A stretch of DNA of 64,000 nucleotides from Euprymna scolopes (lineage: Eukaryota), in assembly GCA_053919585.1 (NCBI GenBank), contig CM132807.1, one strand, 5' to 3'. This document shows positions 37,201 through 51,955 of the stretch, piece after piece. Position 1 is the stretch's first letter. Every line of letters starts with the position of its first letter. The position numbers and the translations under genes are program-made. The notes under the pieces are model-generated. The model was not told the origin of the DNA. It made no database searches and saw only the letters and a program-made list of their open reading frames with translations.

Positions 37201-38569
37201 ATTTGACTTTATTGGCATGAAGATAGGAATACGTGTGTTGCTTATTTCTATGATAAACATACTTGCTTTTCTTAATATCTTACTTTTTACTAGATAAAAA
37301 GTATATGTGAGAGCGAAGACTCTATTTCTAATTCTTTTTCATTGCTGATAATATTTATCACTTTGTTGCTAAACAAATTATGTTAAGGATGGGGCAATGG
37401 TTAAGTAGTCAACGATAAGAATGAACAAACTTCGATATTGGGTTAAAACATTACTTCTACTAAGGAATGTGGTATTGCCATAGTGAGATTAACTGTTAGA
37501 AATGAAACAATTGAACTAAGCCGGTCATGAAACCTGGACAATGCTTAGTCACACGTGTTTACTTTACTAATAATATCCTAAACAGTATTAGTATGGTGGA
37601 AATTTTCTCGAAAAGCAGTTAAGATTTTTTTGCTCTTACACATATATTAAATAATATCATACTAATGCGTAATTAAAAAAATTTATAGCTCTTTTATATA
37701 TCTTATTTTAAAATACGATGGACATTATAAAATGATGCCTCCAATTTTTATCTCGCCTGAATGTAGCAGATGGAATTTCAAATTGCATTGTTACGATAAC
37801 TACATAAATGAACTGAAAGTCTCGTCTGTTGTATATATTAAGAGTGTGCGACACACAAAATATTAAACTGTGCCAGAAACAGATATGAATCATTAAACTC
37901 GTGGCAGTAGTTGCTTGGGAATGGGTGTGACTGTGTAGAAATATAACTTCCGGATCACAAAAGTCGCTTGATTAATGATAGTACCCTAGTCTTTGAATCT
38001 CTTAGACTTTTCAAGTAAATAGATAGAAGATTTTACTTTTTTATACAAGCCTCGTGTTTACAAAGTGAACTCCGCACGCTCATATTCGACTATTGTTTAA
38101 CCCTGGCAAAAGTGTAGAGAAATACGTGCTGATAATGTTAAAAACTAAATTTTGGGGCACGACCGGTAACTCGTTTTAATAGGAGCACACCTATCATCGT
38201 AGCTGTTCAACTGTTTAGTTAAAATAAAAGTTCTACTTGTATGACTCTCGTTTAGAGAAAACATGTAAAAGACGTGTTGCTTTTTTAAATGAGAGGCGTT
38301 CTTTACTTACGAATCATTATTACAAAGTGTGCAAGAGACGCCCATGTACCGGCACCGTTCAACTCTGGAAAAAATTGTCGTGAGAATGGTAGGTATTGTG
38401 GAAAAATAAATTGTGAGTAACAAAACAGCGCTCCTTTTAATGGTATAACTTCCATGATTTTTTTTACAAGGGAAGTCAGCATAATCAAGGCCCAGAGGCA
38501 ATTCGGGGATAAGGGTTATTGCGTGTACAGTATTCAATGGGATCAAATCGCTAGTAATGGATATCTGAT

Positions 38570-38840
38570 AAAGTGTCTTACTTAAGGGGACCGATCAACA
38601 GGAACGTGTTTCTGTTGGAATTGAAGACATCCAAGTTGTGGTCAAGTGGGACACGGGCAAACGGAAGAGAGTTCTACAGGCGTGCACTTCTAAAAAAGAA
38701 GCTTTGTTCATGGAATCTACGTTTTGACCTAGCCACATATGAAGAGTGGGGAAAATTACTAACAGTGGTTTACACTTTACGAGTGTTATTTGTGAAATAT
38801 GTGCGAGGGGGCAGGGATATTCTTCGTTTTCTTTAGTCAA
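38570..38840 (-). mobile_element. Decayed CR1-like LINE 3' fragment
   Basis: Reverse complement reads SFFRSARL*NSLP...HNLDVFNSN and aligns with 11570-11680. Confidence 0.6.
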
Positions 38841-41800
38841 AATAATAAGACGCTTTGAATTTGAAGCAACCCTGCTGAATAAAATAATTATTACATTTTT
38901 AATACTGAGATTTATATTGCTTTAACAATTTCATATCATTAGAATTGATTTGCATTATAATACACAACGCTCTTAATAATTTTTTAGATAATAATTAATT
39001 AATATTTCCTATAATTCAACGGAGGATGGACCTCATTATGCCATCTCATTATCAAAAATGTTAACACTTTTGTAATTGAACCAGCCGCTCGTACAGTAAT
39101 AAAGTCGATAACGCCATAGACAACAATTCTGATATACGAAGTTCGAACATAATCAATGCTAATGTGTCACTTTTATTAGATGTTATCAACAAAAGAATAC
39201 CAACAATATACTCAGTGAAGTGACATTGACTCAGGTAAAACCCAGACTTACTACCTGAGTGTGCCAAGAAATTATTCTATGTTTTTTTACAGAAGAAATT
39301 TAATTTAAGGGTAATGTAACCTTCACATGCTGTCTCACGCAAGAACCCGGTATATCTCAAGAAATTATTCCTAATAAAAAAATATCAGGGAAATGACTGC
39401 CAGCAATAATCATCATAGATGTGGTATTTCTACATCAACAAGCCAATTAAACAAGTTAATAAACCCGTACAAATGCATGACGACACGTTCTCACAGTCTG
39501 TGTGTACCCAGTTTGAATCTAGTCAGTTCCATACTTTGACTTTTATTTGAGGATAATGATAACCATTATGTGGCTTCGCCTGTGATAATGCCGACAAATG
39601 AATAACACCAAGTTGGAAAGCCATATAATATTAATTCAGACGGATTTACTTTTGTTGACTATTAATGCGCCATTTTTATGAAAGTGATGTAATTAAAACA
39701 GCAAAAGTACATTAAATCCGATCTTAATTTTCTAATACCCTCAAAATATGAATTTGTTCAAATAATCTTTGAATAATCGAAATCCAATGATCATGCATTG
39801 TAAAAATATACTATAAATAAATAAAATAAAATATTAAGCATTAATGTGCTTAGGCCACTATACAAGTTAATTCTGATAAGTCAAATACGCTGATAACTTA
39901 CACCGAACAATATTTAGGACCATATTGTACTTTATATTTATATAAATGAAATGATGAAAAAGATTTTGGTTGAGTTCCTTTTACGTTTTTTAATATTGTA
40001 CGTGTTTGATAACCAATTCAACAATAAATTATTCAGAAGATACAACATATTATTCTACGAAACATTATATTAATGACAAAAAAGTAACGTTCCTTTCATA
40101 TATACTGATGTTCATGCGTGCTGTTCTGTTACATTCTTCCCCAGCTTTTTATGAACAAAATGAGCACAAGAAGCCGTTCGTAAAGAGTTATTTTTTAAGG
40201 TTTTATTTGGAGAGAATTGACTTGGAGAAAGAGGCTCATGTTTGTTTACTTCTTAAACTTCTATCTTACTAACATGTGTGAGCCAACATTTCGCTTATGT
40301 TTTATACATTATAACAATGTATTATTTGTAAGCTGAGGATGTTTTAATGAAGTCACTCTTTAGCAGCTAAAAACTTGACCTCAATTCTCATCGTCTTACT
40401 TTGTTATTTTACCGGTTGACCTGTTAACAGCTACCTCAAATTTACATCAGCAAAATTATTCCATACTATATTACCGCATGCCATATATACTCCCAGACTG
40501 TAATACTGCATACATATAATATTACAGATACTACTAAATAAACTATATACTATTCCAGCATATACCACACTAAGATTACAGTATACTACCACAATACTAT
40601 TTTATACTAAGTAGACAATTAAAATATTTCTAAATATTATAGGTTAGACATCATTATAGATGTCTGTATTTTATACAGAATATATATCTAAATGCTTGCT
40701 TTTTAAACTACTTGGCGCCAGGTTTTTCTTTCTTTTGTTGATTTAACAGTTCGTTCTTTGCATATTTTGAATATTTTAAAAGATTTTGTGTATTTGATAT
40801 GAATCATAATATTCTTACGAGTGATTTTGTTACTCGATCGGTCGTTTTTTCACATTTAATATTTTCAAAGTAGTTTCATGCACAAATTGAATAAATGCAT
40901 TATTTTGTAGATAATCCAAAGATTTCGATGAAATGTTTCATTAATCACTCAGTCAGTGATGTATGACTTTTAAAATCATACTAATCGAAATGTCAGCTTG
41001 ATGTTGACATACAACCGTGTGAGTATAGCAGCCATGCAATGTAAGAACAGTCATCGAAATAATCCAAAGTAGATATCTCAGAGCTGATGCAATATTCTAT
41101 CTATATAAAAGCCACATTTGGACTGGAGCTGCTAGTAAGGACTTATCTTGAAAGTCCGACTTATTTTTTAAAAGTATTCAATAACGCCTTATATGTTCAT
41201 TTATTTCTATGAAATGCTTTCCTGTGATCGGTTTTAATTTTTTACATCCTTACTTTAAAAAAAAAACTTCGCATATGGTCGTTTACAAAAGCGTGTTGCT
41301 TTGCACATGTGCGGTGTCAACAGTGAGCGACACAAAAAAAGAAATCAATGGAACATAAGTTTTCTATACATTTTTAGCGCGGAGTGTTTAGACATGCTTG
41401 TCTATTATTCATAGTGACTAGGCTTTCATAAAACATTAAAAAAATTGAGGAGTTCCAAAGGTTTTATTTAGAGTGGGTTATGCGATGCCGAGTTTCTTGC
41501 TAATAGTCGATTAAGATAAATTGACTATTATTATTCAAAGTTTAAATGTTCGATAAAAGAAAGTTATACTTTGTTGGTATGAACAAAGACTGACCTGTTA
41601 TAGGTGTAGGAATTGTGAATAGGAAGAGATCAATATAACAAAAAAGCATGAAGGCGATCATAGCGAATTGACTTAAAAATATTCGAACAAATAGGCTTCA
41701 AATCTAACAGATACAAAAAGTGATTCAAAGTCACTTGTAAAAAAATGTGAAGTAAATTACACTATAGCAAATAGTTAGATATATGCGGAGGAAGTTAGAC

Positions 41801-44121
41801 AGAGAGTCAGACAAAAGGAGATACCTAGATAGATGCAGAGAGTTAGAGACAGAGCTGTACGCCCCTGTATGCAGGGGGAAACCCTAATCTAGCACGCATG
41901 TAATATTTCAATGGGAAAGCATTTGGAATAAAAGTGGTGTAAAAATACAGCAGTAAATTGTTGATCATTATTTTGGGAGGGATGTTTATTTCAGCCTCAT
42001 CCAGGTTCGCTATTCAAGACCCCAGATGAATGAAGGTAATCACTTCCTATTTAGCAAAATGTAAAACTCCAAGAAAGTTGACCAATCCCTTTTGTTATGA
42101 GTAACTATTTGTTTATAAAAAGTTATATGTCCTGTGTAAACTGTATCTATATGTGTAATGTACATGTATACACACATTTACAAAGAACATCATAAACCAC
42201 TAGACGACACGCGACAACTTCTTATATACTCCAAATACATTATATGCTTTATATACACGTCATACATATTTATGCAGCACGCTATCTAACATACCGTTAC
42301 TCTAGCGCTACGTCATACAACTATTCTGGTGATTATGTAACATATTTGCGTCTGAACTAATTTGTCTTACTTTAGAATTAGGAAACACACACGTGCAGCA
42401 TCCTAAGTGCTTAGTTGCTTATATTATAACTACATTCACAAACGCTTGTGTATTAATTTCCGACTGACTAGAAACTTTCCGTCCTTCCTTAGACATCTGA
42501 TGTTATTTTCATATCGTTGTGCACCTGTTTGTTTTCTAAAAAATTCTAACCTATGATACCCGTTTCAATCACGCCATATGCTAGTGGATACATTGAATTT
42601 ATCGCCAGACTATCGTCACATGCATAAATGTGACCCATGTTCAGATTCACACGAGCAACCCAAACGCTACCTACCATCGTAGGATCTCAATATATAAGAA
42701 TCTGATCTTTTACATGCGGGAACTTGCCCCAGTTTAGTGTTACATGTTTGGATTAAAAATAGATATCACCCCATCGTTAAACGCACATATTAAATGGACG
42801 CATGTTTAGAATAATGTTTTATGTATTTCCCTCGTGTTTTAGCATTTTTTCGTAACATTCGTCAAATGATGTTCATGATAATATTAATTTTGCTAAGCGT
42901 TAGGTTTTATTATCGCAACAATTAACTGGCCTTCAATATAAATTCGCACATTTGACCTTTGTACGGAAATTAAAATGAATGCATTTTTTAAATCATTGGA
43001 ATTAATAACGTAGATACAATTAATGTGTGTTTGCTTTTCTTTAGAAATCAACTCTTTTTTATTATTCAAATCTCTAACAGACTTGTCAGCTGTACATCTT
43101 CTCTTCTTTGTCTTTCTCATTCATATTGACGCTAGTAAATGTTATGTGTTTACGCTAGTAAGTTTTGGAAGCGTACCAGAACGATAGTGCAATAAAATAT
43201 TTTGGTTCAGCAATGAGATTTAAAACATCTTAATGGTATTAGATTTCCATTGAAGAAACGATTATTGCTGAATATGTGCTTGGACATGTTGGTATATTGA
43301 TTACACCATTTTAGATATAAATGTGTTTCCAGTGCATTCCAGATAGTAATCGCACACGGATACCACCATATAACTTTCTTCCGAATTTATCAATTATATC
43401 CATTGAAGATAGGGCAAATAATTATTTATATTTCGCGGTATATTTTAAAATCAAGATGTTTTCATAAGTAACAGTTTTTCAAGGCCCAGCAGACAATCGA
43501 GGATAAGGGTTATAAAAACAGGAAGGAGCGACGGGAGCAGAACCAGCCACTGCTATAAGGAGTTGACGCAGTAATTAATAAAACAGACACTGTATGAGTT
43601 AGCGCATCATTTTTTGAGTTGTGGGAAAAACTGCTGGAAGGAGATAAAACAGGAACCGTTAAAAGGAGTGGGGTAGGCGCTGCTGCAAGGAATCTATGCT
43701 AAAAGTTACCGCAGAAAGGAGCCGATGCAGACGCAGCTGGAAGTAGCCGGTTCCTGAAGGAAATACTGCAGAAACAGATAGAGTCGAGAAGGAAATAAAC
43801 CAGGGCATGCTGGAAATTGTTGAGACAAACACCTCTAAAAGGAGCTGGGACAGAGATTTGTAGAAATAGGTTGAAACAGGAGCTGCTGAAAAGAGTAGGG
43901 AAATTATTTGTTAGAGGAAGCTGGATAAAAATAGCTACTGGAATTGTTAGTAGCACATTGCTCATCGCTACGAAAGTATTGAAAAATGTGCGAAATTAGG
44001 AGAAACTACTTATGAGGAATGACTCGAAAAGGTGTTTACATCGAACGGGAAAAAATTCCCCTCATTGTATTTTGCCTCATAGATAAGTCATTCTCCGAAA
44101 AATAAATAGATTTGCTGTTTC

Positions 44122-44177
<56 letters not shown>

Positions 44178-44856
44178 TCAAATACAACGTGCCCACTTAA
44201 ATATCTCATCATTTTACACAAACGTTCTTTATTCTGTTCTTCGTCATAAACGAATCAAAATCTGACTTCGAGATCCTGAAAGCTCAATTTTTTCTGTTGC
44301 ATTCGTTCTTAAAACCAGTTATTTCAACTAACCTATTTTTCTGAGGACCAGTTCTTGCTTTACTCAGTCGGGAAACACTTCGCGAACAAAACATGTTACG
44401 CACATGCGATGAGCACCTGCAACGAACGAACGCCACACTACATCACAGATGTAATTCCAGCGAGATATATCCGCTACTACAAGAAACAAAAATAAACTTA
44501 TTTATTTGAACGAGAATTCTAACAACTTTAATAGCAATCTAAACGTATTTTCAACGCCAGGAACTGGTTGACGAAGTCTAACAAACATTCAATCACACAC
44601 GCGTCTTTTTATATGGATTTTGCTTTGGACGACGAAATCTAAAAATATTCCGTCACACATGCGTTTTAGCTACGTATCACAACTTTCCTCACTATATCTA
44701 AATATTTTTTCGCCATGTGCCCATAGAAAAAAAACATTTCAGCTTTCAATTTCATCATGGAGAACGTGTGGTAACAAGCCAACCGAAAAACTCAAATAGC
44801 AATTCTCACGCTATTTCAACTCCGCTTTTCAACAATTATGGAAAGGAAAAAGCGAT

Positions 44857-44968
44857 GACCCTCTCCAGCAACATGTTACGGTGCATCAAACCTCCTCAGC
44901 AACATGCTACGGTATATACCCTTTTCAGCAACACTCTACAGGATATCAACCTTTTTAGCAAGAGATGC
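44857..44968. repeat. About 30-bp minisatellite, about 3.5 copies
   Basis: ACC.T.T.CAGCAACATG.TACGGT..AT repeated. Confidence 0.7.
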
Positions 44969-47900
44969 TTAACCAACGCACCAAGATGTTCATCAAACAC
45001 TGTACAATTCTGGATCTCACAATGACTCGCCTCATCTCACTTCATCGAAGTCCCCTGCTAACAGGAGTAAGCTGCATCTTGCACACTAAGACACTCATCC
45101 CGGGACGTTCAGATCCGTACTAATCCACTGAGTACGCCAATCACCTGAACAACGTTGACACTACGGACGGACCAATTTCCTCGCAGACCCACTTGCGACC
45201 TTAAGCGCGTTGTCTACAACTTCGCAGCTCACGTGAATCAATTTCAACCCACCATTCTAATATTTGCGCATGCTTCATAGACTTCGCAGCAATATAGTAA
45301 ACTCACAGTGCCGTTTTTGTAGCCATCCTACAGTTATACAAGTTTTGAACATATTTCTGCCTGATACCCTCGCACGTCGCATTTCCTTCTTTTCACCTTG
45401 ATACTTAAATAAAAACAATATTTCTCGTTCTCTCTACAGTGGACCCACACACATACACACACACAAACCCATACATATGCATGTTTTTTTTTTCTCCAAT
45501 TTTCTTTTCATTTCTCTGGCTTCAATCTAACTGGAAAGGGAGTATTATGGGAATGAACATTCGTGAGATATCTCCTAAAGGGTGAAACTCGAGTAAGCTC
45601 ACGAATTTGATAACCGAAAAGCGGCACAGCCACGTGATTTCTGTCTCATATTTGTCCCTATTTTCCACGGAACTGTCGTGTAGTCAACATATAAAGAAGA
45701 TCGCTGCTGGTGGTGGCATTGGCCTATAAACAGCGCTCCTGACTAACTGTCAGCCTCTCGAAGATATCAATCGCCAGTAAGGGACTCTTATTATCAACGA
45801 ACTCTTACTATTTCTGTCTGTATTCTTAATATTTCTCATGTAAATAAATCTGCATGTCATTTACATATATACCGGACTGTTTTCGTCACCATTATGCGAC
45901 CTTTTGCTGTTACATCCATTCTACTATTTAATTAATCAAATATACACATTCGGGTCGGGATCGTCTATCACACAAGCAGACCATCCTGTCCCCTCTACAC
46001 ATATGTTCGTAGGATTCTTTATTAGAAGTTATAATAGGGTATCTATATGAATCACATGGGATATTGAATATTGTAGCAATGACCACGACTATTATTACAG
46101 CGATAGACATTAGATGAGCATTTATTTTTGGTATTAGTTGTGTTTTGTAAAGTTTATGTGTGACAATATGCATGGACCTGTCAGAATAACGATATACATC
46201 TAAAGTGAAGCGTGAATATTGATATCCCCGCGAGAATATGATAATGTGAAATCCCATCTGTTTATTTAAACAATGAAAGTCCTTTGCTATGTTTGTATTA
46301 AACAGTTGATAGAAACATCATTCTATAGGTGATTAAAGAAATACACGCACACGTTAGCTCGGCATAAACCTCGAGAAGAGACATAGTGTGCGTGTATTTT
46401 ACTAATTACGGGTTAATCTTTAATTGGCATGCGACAGTTTTCATCAATACTTATGGCTGTGATTACAGCATGAAAACAATGTTTGTTTATTGAATTTCCG
46501 AAGGGATACGACATAAGTGAATACGATTGGACGTGTATACAGAGAAAAAAAGGCTTAAAAGTATGTGAGATGAGAACGACTTTTCCTCGCACATCATTAA
46601 GATAGAAAAGGGACCTCATTGCCGTTTACTTAAAGATTACTACTTATTTTTTATGTTTTATTAATGAATCACTTGTAAGTAAATGAATCCAAAATCTATA
46701 CACATAAAAGTAAATGCCAAGCAATGGAACAGTCAATTATCGGTCGAATGATGTTTAGATTAAATAAAAAAATATATAAGCAGCTAGACTTCTGGTGCTT
46801 ACGCAGGAAAACTTAGGCTACTTTCACGTGGAATTTCAAAACAATGAGTAGGGTATATAGGAATAGTCATGATTACAGAGTAATAATGTTGCGTTTAGTT
46901 TAGCAAAATGCACAGTGAAATAATATGAGAGGATACCATTCAAAGTGAATACAGAGCAAACGGTGTTATGCTGAAATCACATACATCTGAGGTTGTGCAT
47001 TAAAATATATTGGATCTTACGTAAATATTTAACGAATATGCCCAGGAATTAACGTGATAGTGGAAACAGTTCAGCCCCTGCTTACCCCTCGCACACTCTC
47101 CTTCTGTCGCTACCGCTCTTGCGCTCTCACTCCTTAAAGTAAAAACGAAAAAAAATGTAACGAAAATAATTAATTAAATAAAGATAGAAAATCATTATTG
47201 GCTCGAAAACAGAGTTCACCTGCAGACAAATGATACCTAGAGAATCATTATATGCACAAAGCCGTGACTACGAGGAAGGCTAAAAAAACACAAGACGAGT
47301 CTTAATATAAATCAGTGTCATCTGAACTTATATGCCGTGCACCAAAGTCACCTGACTTGGTGATTAGCGAAAAGGAACGATGACAATTTCAGTTTTCTGG
47401 TTTTGGAAAAGATCCAAGTGGGCACTGTGAAACATGTTTTTTTAGTGTAGGGTCATGGTCAGGGATTAAGAAATTACCTAAACATAGGTCGGGATATTTG
47501 CTCGAGATATGGAAATCGAATAATGAACATTACAATAATGTCAGTCTAAATACTTGTTAAAGGGTTACTAGATCGCCCAAAAACAAGTTCATGTACTTTT
47601 CAAACGACAGAGATCAAAATGGTATTTTNNNNNNNNNNNNNNNNNNNNNNNNNNNNNNNNNNNNNNNNNNNNNNNNNNNNNNNNNNNNNNNNNNNNNNNN
47701 NNNNNNNNNNNNNNNNNNNNNNNNNNNNNNNNNNNNNNNNNNNNNNNNNNNNNNNNACGAAACTAAAATTTGATCCATAGGTCTATATAGCTAAGCAACA
47801 ATGAACTCGAATATTACGCTAAGCAGATAAAAGAATTTGCTAAAACAGAATATAACGAATGATAGTATTCCGCTAACAAAAAAAAGAATTATTACCGCAA

Positions 47901-49948
47901 TAAAAAAAAACTGAGAAAAATATCGAATTAAGAGGGCCAATACGGTTATATCCGAAAAAGAAAATAATACTAAATCAAAAATATTAGGAAACTGGAAGAA
48001 AATATTAAACAATATATAAAGCATGCCATTATTTACAGATTTAGCGACTGGACATTTTATTATTTATATTTAGTTTCGAAGCTTGTATTACGTCACGCGG
48101 CTAGGTGATTTTTGTTTCTGCACCCCCTCCTTCAATAGCCCACCCCAACCGCGTTGGACAGCGAAGCAGACTTTGCAATTAGGTTCCTGGTATAACGCTA
48201 TGTTTATTTTAATTCATTCAAAACTTCTTACAATATAAATATGTTTTATTTTTTAATTCGTCCTCTTTCTTAGAGAGTGATTAATATGAATTCTTGGAGA
48301 TTGTATCTCTAATGCAATAAATGTATTAATTGTTACAAATACTTGCATCATCATTGCCTTCAGTTGACTCACTTAAATACATAGCGAGAAGAACTCATTT
48401 TTATCAGACGGCATGTGACTGAGACGTAACTCTCACAGCTTACATATCCTTTTATACTTCTAATACTGCGAGCATCGTAAGGATTAAACAAACCAATCAA
48501 CCGACTCGTAGATTCTTCACAGTAAACTACGACCGACTAATAGTGCCTCCCGTCTCGTAACACAAGAACGACTAATCCATTAATATTTCTTAACGCGTAT
48601 TTGTATGTGTAGATATTTTGAAAATAATTCATAATAATGTGGCCGTTACAAGATAAAGAATTCTTTATTGACCTGAACCTTGGAAAAATCTAATGTTCTT
48701 TGCTATATATCTTTAAACAAACGCGATATTATGATATCCCTAAACTCGCTGAAACAACGCTATCACCGCGTTTACTATTCCTTGTTAAACAACATTTCTA
48801 CAAGTAAAGAATATATGAATCTAACTTAGGTGGAAACATGTTTTTACGCAAAAAGATATCCAACTAATTTGTGTATAATTTTGTTTCCGGAAAAAATCCA
48901 CTAATGATGGTAATAACTAGGGCTGTGACAAGCATATTCTTTTACAAAAGAATATTCTTTGCATATATTTCGTTAGAGAATATTCTTTTAGCAAAAAGCA
49001 TACTCTTTTTTTTAAGGAATATTCCTTTAACAAAAAGCCTATTCTCTTAAAAAAAAAAAATTATGGAATAAGTTGTGCCGAAAATATGTTGAAATAAATT
49101 TGCATACGAGTCTTAATCTTAGGAACCTTTCTTTTTTATATAAATTAAATTAAACATAGTAAAACCTTCGTAGGTGTGAATTTACAATAACCTTTGGTTC
49201 CTAATGAGAGCCATTCTATTAGAGGATTATATTAGGGACGAAATATCCGTGTATCCTTTTTGCCCTATGTCTCCAGGGCCGATATATTGGCCCGTAGTGT
49301 CCAAAGGATTGTAATTTCAATTTGTATCGAAAAATATCCAGGTTTAAATATGGTCCAGTAATCTCCTACGATTGGAACGAGTTTTTTTTTCATTATAAGG
49401 CTATTTTAGCGAACAACAAAAGAAGCTTTAATTTTGATATTTTAAAGACTAATTTAATTATAAAATGCAATAAATAAAATATTTAAGTTCCATAGAGTGT
49501 TCAATTGTTCACAGTATATAAACAGTATATACATTAATGAGTAGAGCAATGTCAAGAATATTCTTTACTAAAAAACAATTCATTACATATATTGGTTTAG
49601 AGAATATTCTTTTGATAAAAAACATATTCCTTAAAAAAAAGAATATGTTTTTTTTTAAACAGAATATGCAAAATATGTATGGAATAAGTTTTGTTTTGTC
49701 AAAAATATGCTGAAAGAAAATATTTGGATAAGAGTTTTTAATTTATTCATTTTTTTAGATGAATTAAACGTGGTATAACCCTAACAGATGTGAATTTACA
49801 TAAAAAGGGGTCTAAAACTTGGTCTGTTGAAAAAGAGTGATATTATAGGCATATATATAAATGTGTACAGACATCTCGTCCTTGTAGATACTCAAAGCGT
49901 GTTAGTGCACAGGAAGAATTTACAAGATCTAAAAAAACTAAACAAAAA

Positions 49949-51682
49949 ATGCCGAAAATAATTAGCACTCCTGCTGAATGGATGGCAAGATATGCCGATG
50001 AATTTGAAGATTACCAGTTAACTGGCAATTGCTTAACCTGCAAATACTGCAATATCCAGGTAGGAACAAACTTTAATGCATAAAAGTTGCAATATAGTTG
50101 ACTAATATATTGGCGTTGTTATAATAGTTTTGTTTTTGAAATTCAATAACTGTAAATCTAGCTGTATTAAACTTTGATTGAACGTTGAAATTTACAATTT
50201 ATTTTATCTACTTTTTACGTTAATTAATAAATGTTAATCGGCTTCAAATAACTTTTCCCACCCTTCCTTGAAATGTATATATTACCATTAAATAATTGAT
50301 TGTTATTTTTACCGATCAAAAGTTGTAAAAAATCTCTAATAAAGCAGCATTTAAAAAAACAAACGCACATCTGGCAAAAAGGCCTACACGGCAACTTTAG
50401 GCGAAATTCCTACTGCAGCAACTGATTTAGGAGCCAGTACGAATACTTTGTTCAACGCTGACTTATGCAAAGCGTTGATTGCAGCGGATATTCCGTTTCA
50501 TAAACTGATCAATAATGTGTTTAAAGACTTTCTTCATAGGTACACACATAGAAATATTCCAAATCAGACTACACTAAGAAAATATTACGTTAGTGAAGTG
50601 TACGAAGCAAAAGTGTCGTCACTCAGAGAAAAAGCTGCTGGAATGAAACTGTGGGTCTCGATTGATGAAACCACTGATGCGTTTTATTGCTTGCTTTGTG
50701 TTTGGCATTTTTGGGGTAGAAGAGGAACGCAGCAAGTGCTATTTTGGAAATATTGCATGTCTACCAAAAGTTAATTGCTGCTTTTTTTAACGACTCGTTG
50801 CAGTTTTTGTGGCCGTTTTGTTATTTAACAGTTTTTATAATAATGTGCTCCATGTAACCACTGATGCAGCTGCATATATGTCCAAAGCTATGAATGCTCT
50901 TCAGGTTTTATACCCGAATATGTTGCACGTTACTTATTTGGCCCAAGGCTTGCACAGGGTTGCGGAATTAGTCAGGCAGGCACACCGAAAAGTAAATAAA
51001 CTGATTTCAACTGTAAAAAGTATATTTTTAAAAGCACCCGATCGGATCGAAAAGTTCAGGGAACTAGCCCCAGGAGTGTCCCTTCCACCGAGACCCATTG
51101 TAACAAAATGGGGTACGTGGTTAGATGCAGCGCATTATTACGCCAAACATTTGCCCGAAATTACTCCTGTCATAATGTCTCCATATTCAACAGAGGCCCA
51201 AAGTATATTGGAGTCCAAAAAACTGTTGGATGAGGAGTCACTGCCATTTGATCTCGGCTTTATCGCCAACAGTTTTTTCCATTTTAACAAAAAATATTGC
51301 GAAGTTAGAGACTAAAGGGCTGAGTTTTTCAAAATCTATTGAATTAATTAGAGAGGTCGAAATTACACTTGAGGAGATGGATGACTCCCAATTCCGTAAA
51401 AAGCTGAAGAATGTCATTTCAAAGAACAAAGGTTTTGCTACTTTAAAACGTCTCGATGCACTTATTAGTGGGAGGGCTTTTGAAAATGAAGGAAAGTTGG
51501 ATGACATAAATCATTTAAAAGTTTTAAGTGCCGAAGAAATGGCCAGCTTGAAATATGCCCCAGTAGTCGCATGCGACGTGGAACGAGTTTTTCCCCAGTA
51601 TAAGACCGTTTTAGCAGACAACCGCAGAAGTTTCAATTTTGAGAACTTAAAAACGCATTTAATTGTAAAATGCAATGAATAA
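49949..51682 (+). pseudogene. Frameshifted two-exon hAT transposase with CGGBP-type zinc finger
   Basis: Exon 1 49949-50059 MPK...CKYCNIQ|GT; exon 2 from about 50315 IKSCKKSLIKQHLKKQTH (acceptor reads CCG, not CAG); then [37 protein letters not shown] (decayed CxxH), TKWGTW, CDVERVF across three frames. Confidence 0.88.
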
Positions 51683-51809
51683 AATATTTGTTTAAACTTG
51701 ATAGTGTTTAATTGTTAGAAGTATTTATAGCATAAAAATAAACGTTTCGGCATTAACTAAAGCTTTTACAAAATCATCAATAGAATTCATAAAAAAAACA
51801 AATAATTAA

Positions 51810-51955
51810 CCCTTTCGACCCCAACATTGCAAAATTACCAACTACTCAACTATACCCGTTCTATTAAAATACTATAGTAAGGCTGAAATATCTGTAGGTC
51901 TTCTTTTACCTTAAATCCCCATGACCGATATATCAGCGCATTGGAATCGAAAGGG
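51810..51955. mobile_element. piggyBac-type MITE (146 bp) nested in the hAT element
   Basis: TTAA on both sides (51806-09, 51956-59); TIRs CCCTTTCGACCCCAA / TTGGAATCGAAAGGG. Confidence 0.8.

Noticed and set aside
39229-39260. 9-bp hairpins (also 16643-16671)
   Set aside because: Expected by chance; no associated feature
44341-44385. CTGAGGA...GAAAC motif
   Set aside because: Stem II only 2 bp; no stems I or III
45543-45914. Possible solo LTR (TATA-like box, AATAAA, ends GTTACA)
   Set aside because: No TG start, no TSD, no second copy in the window
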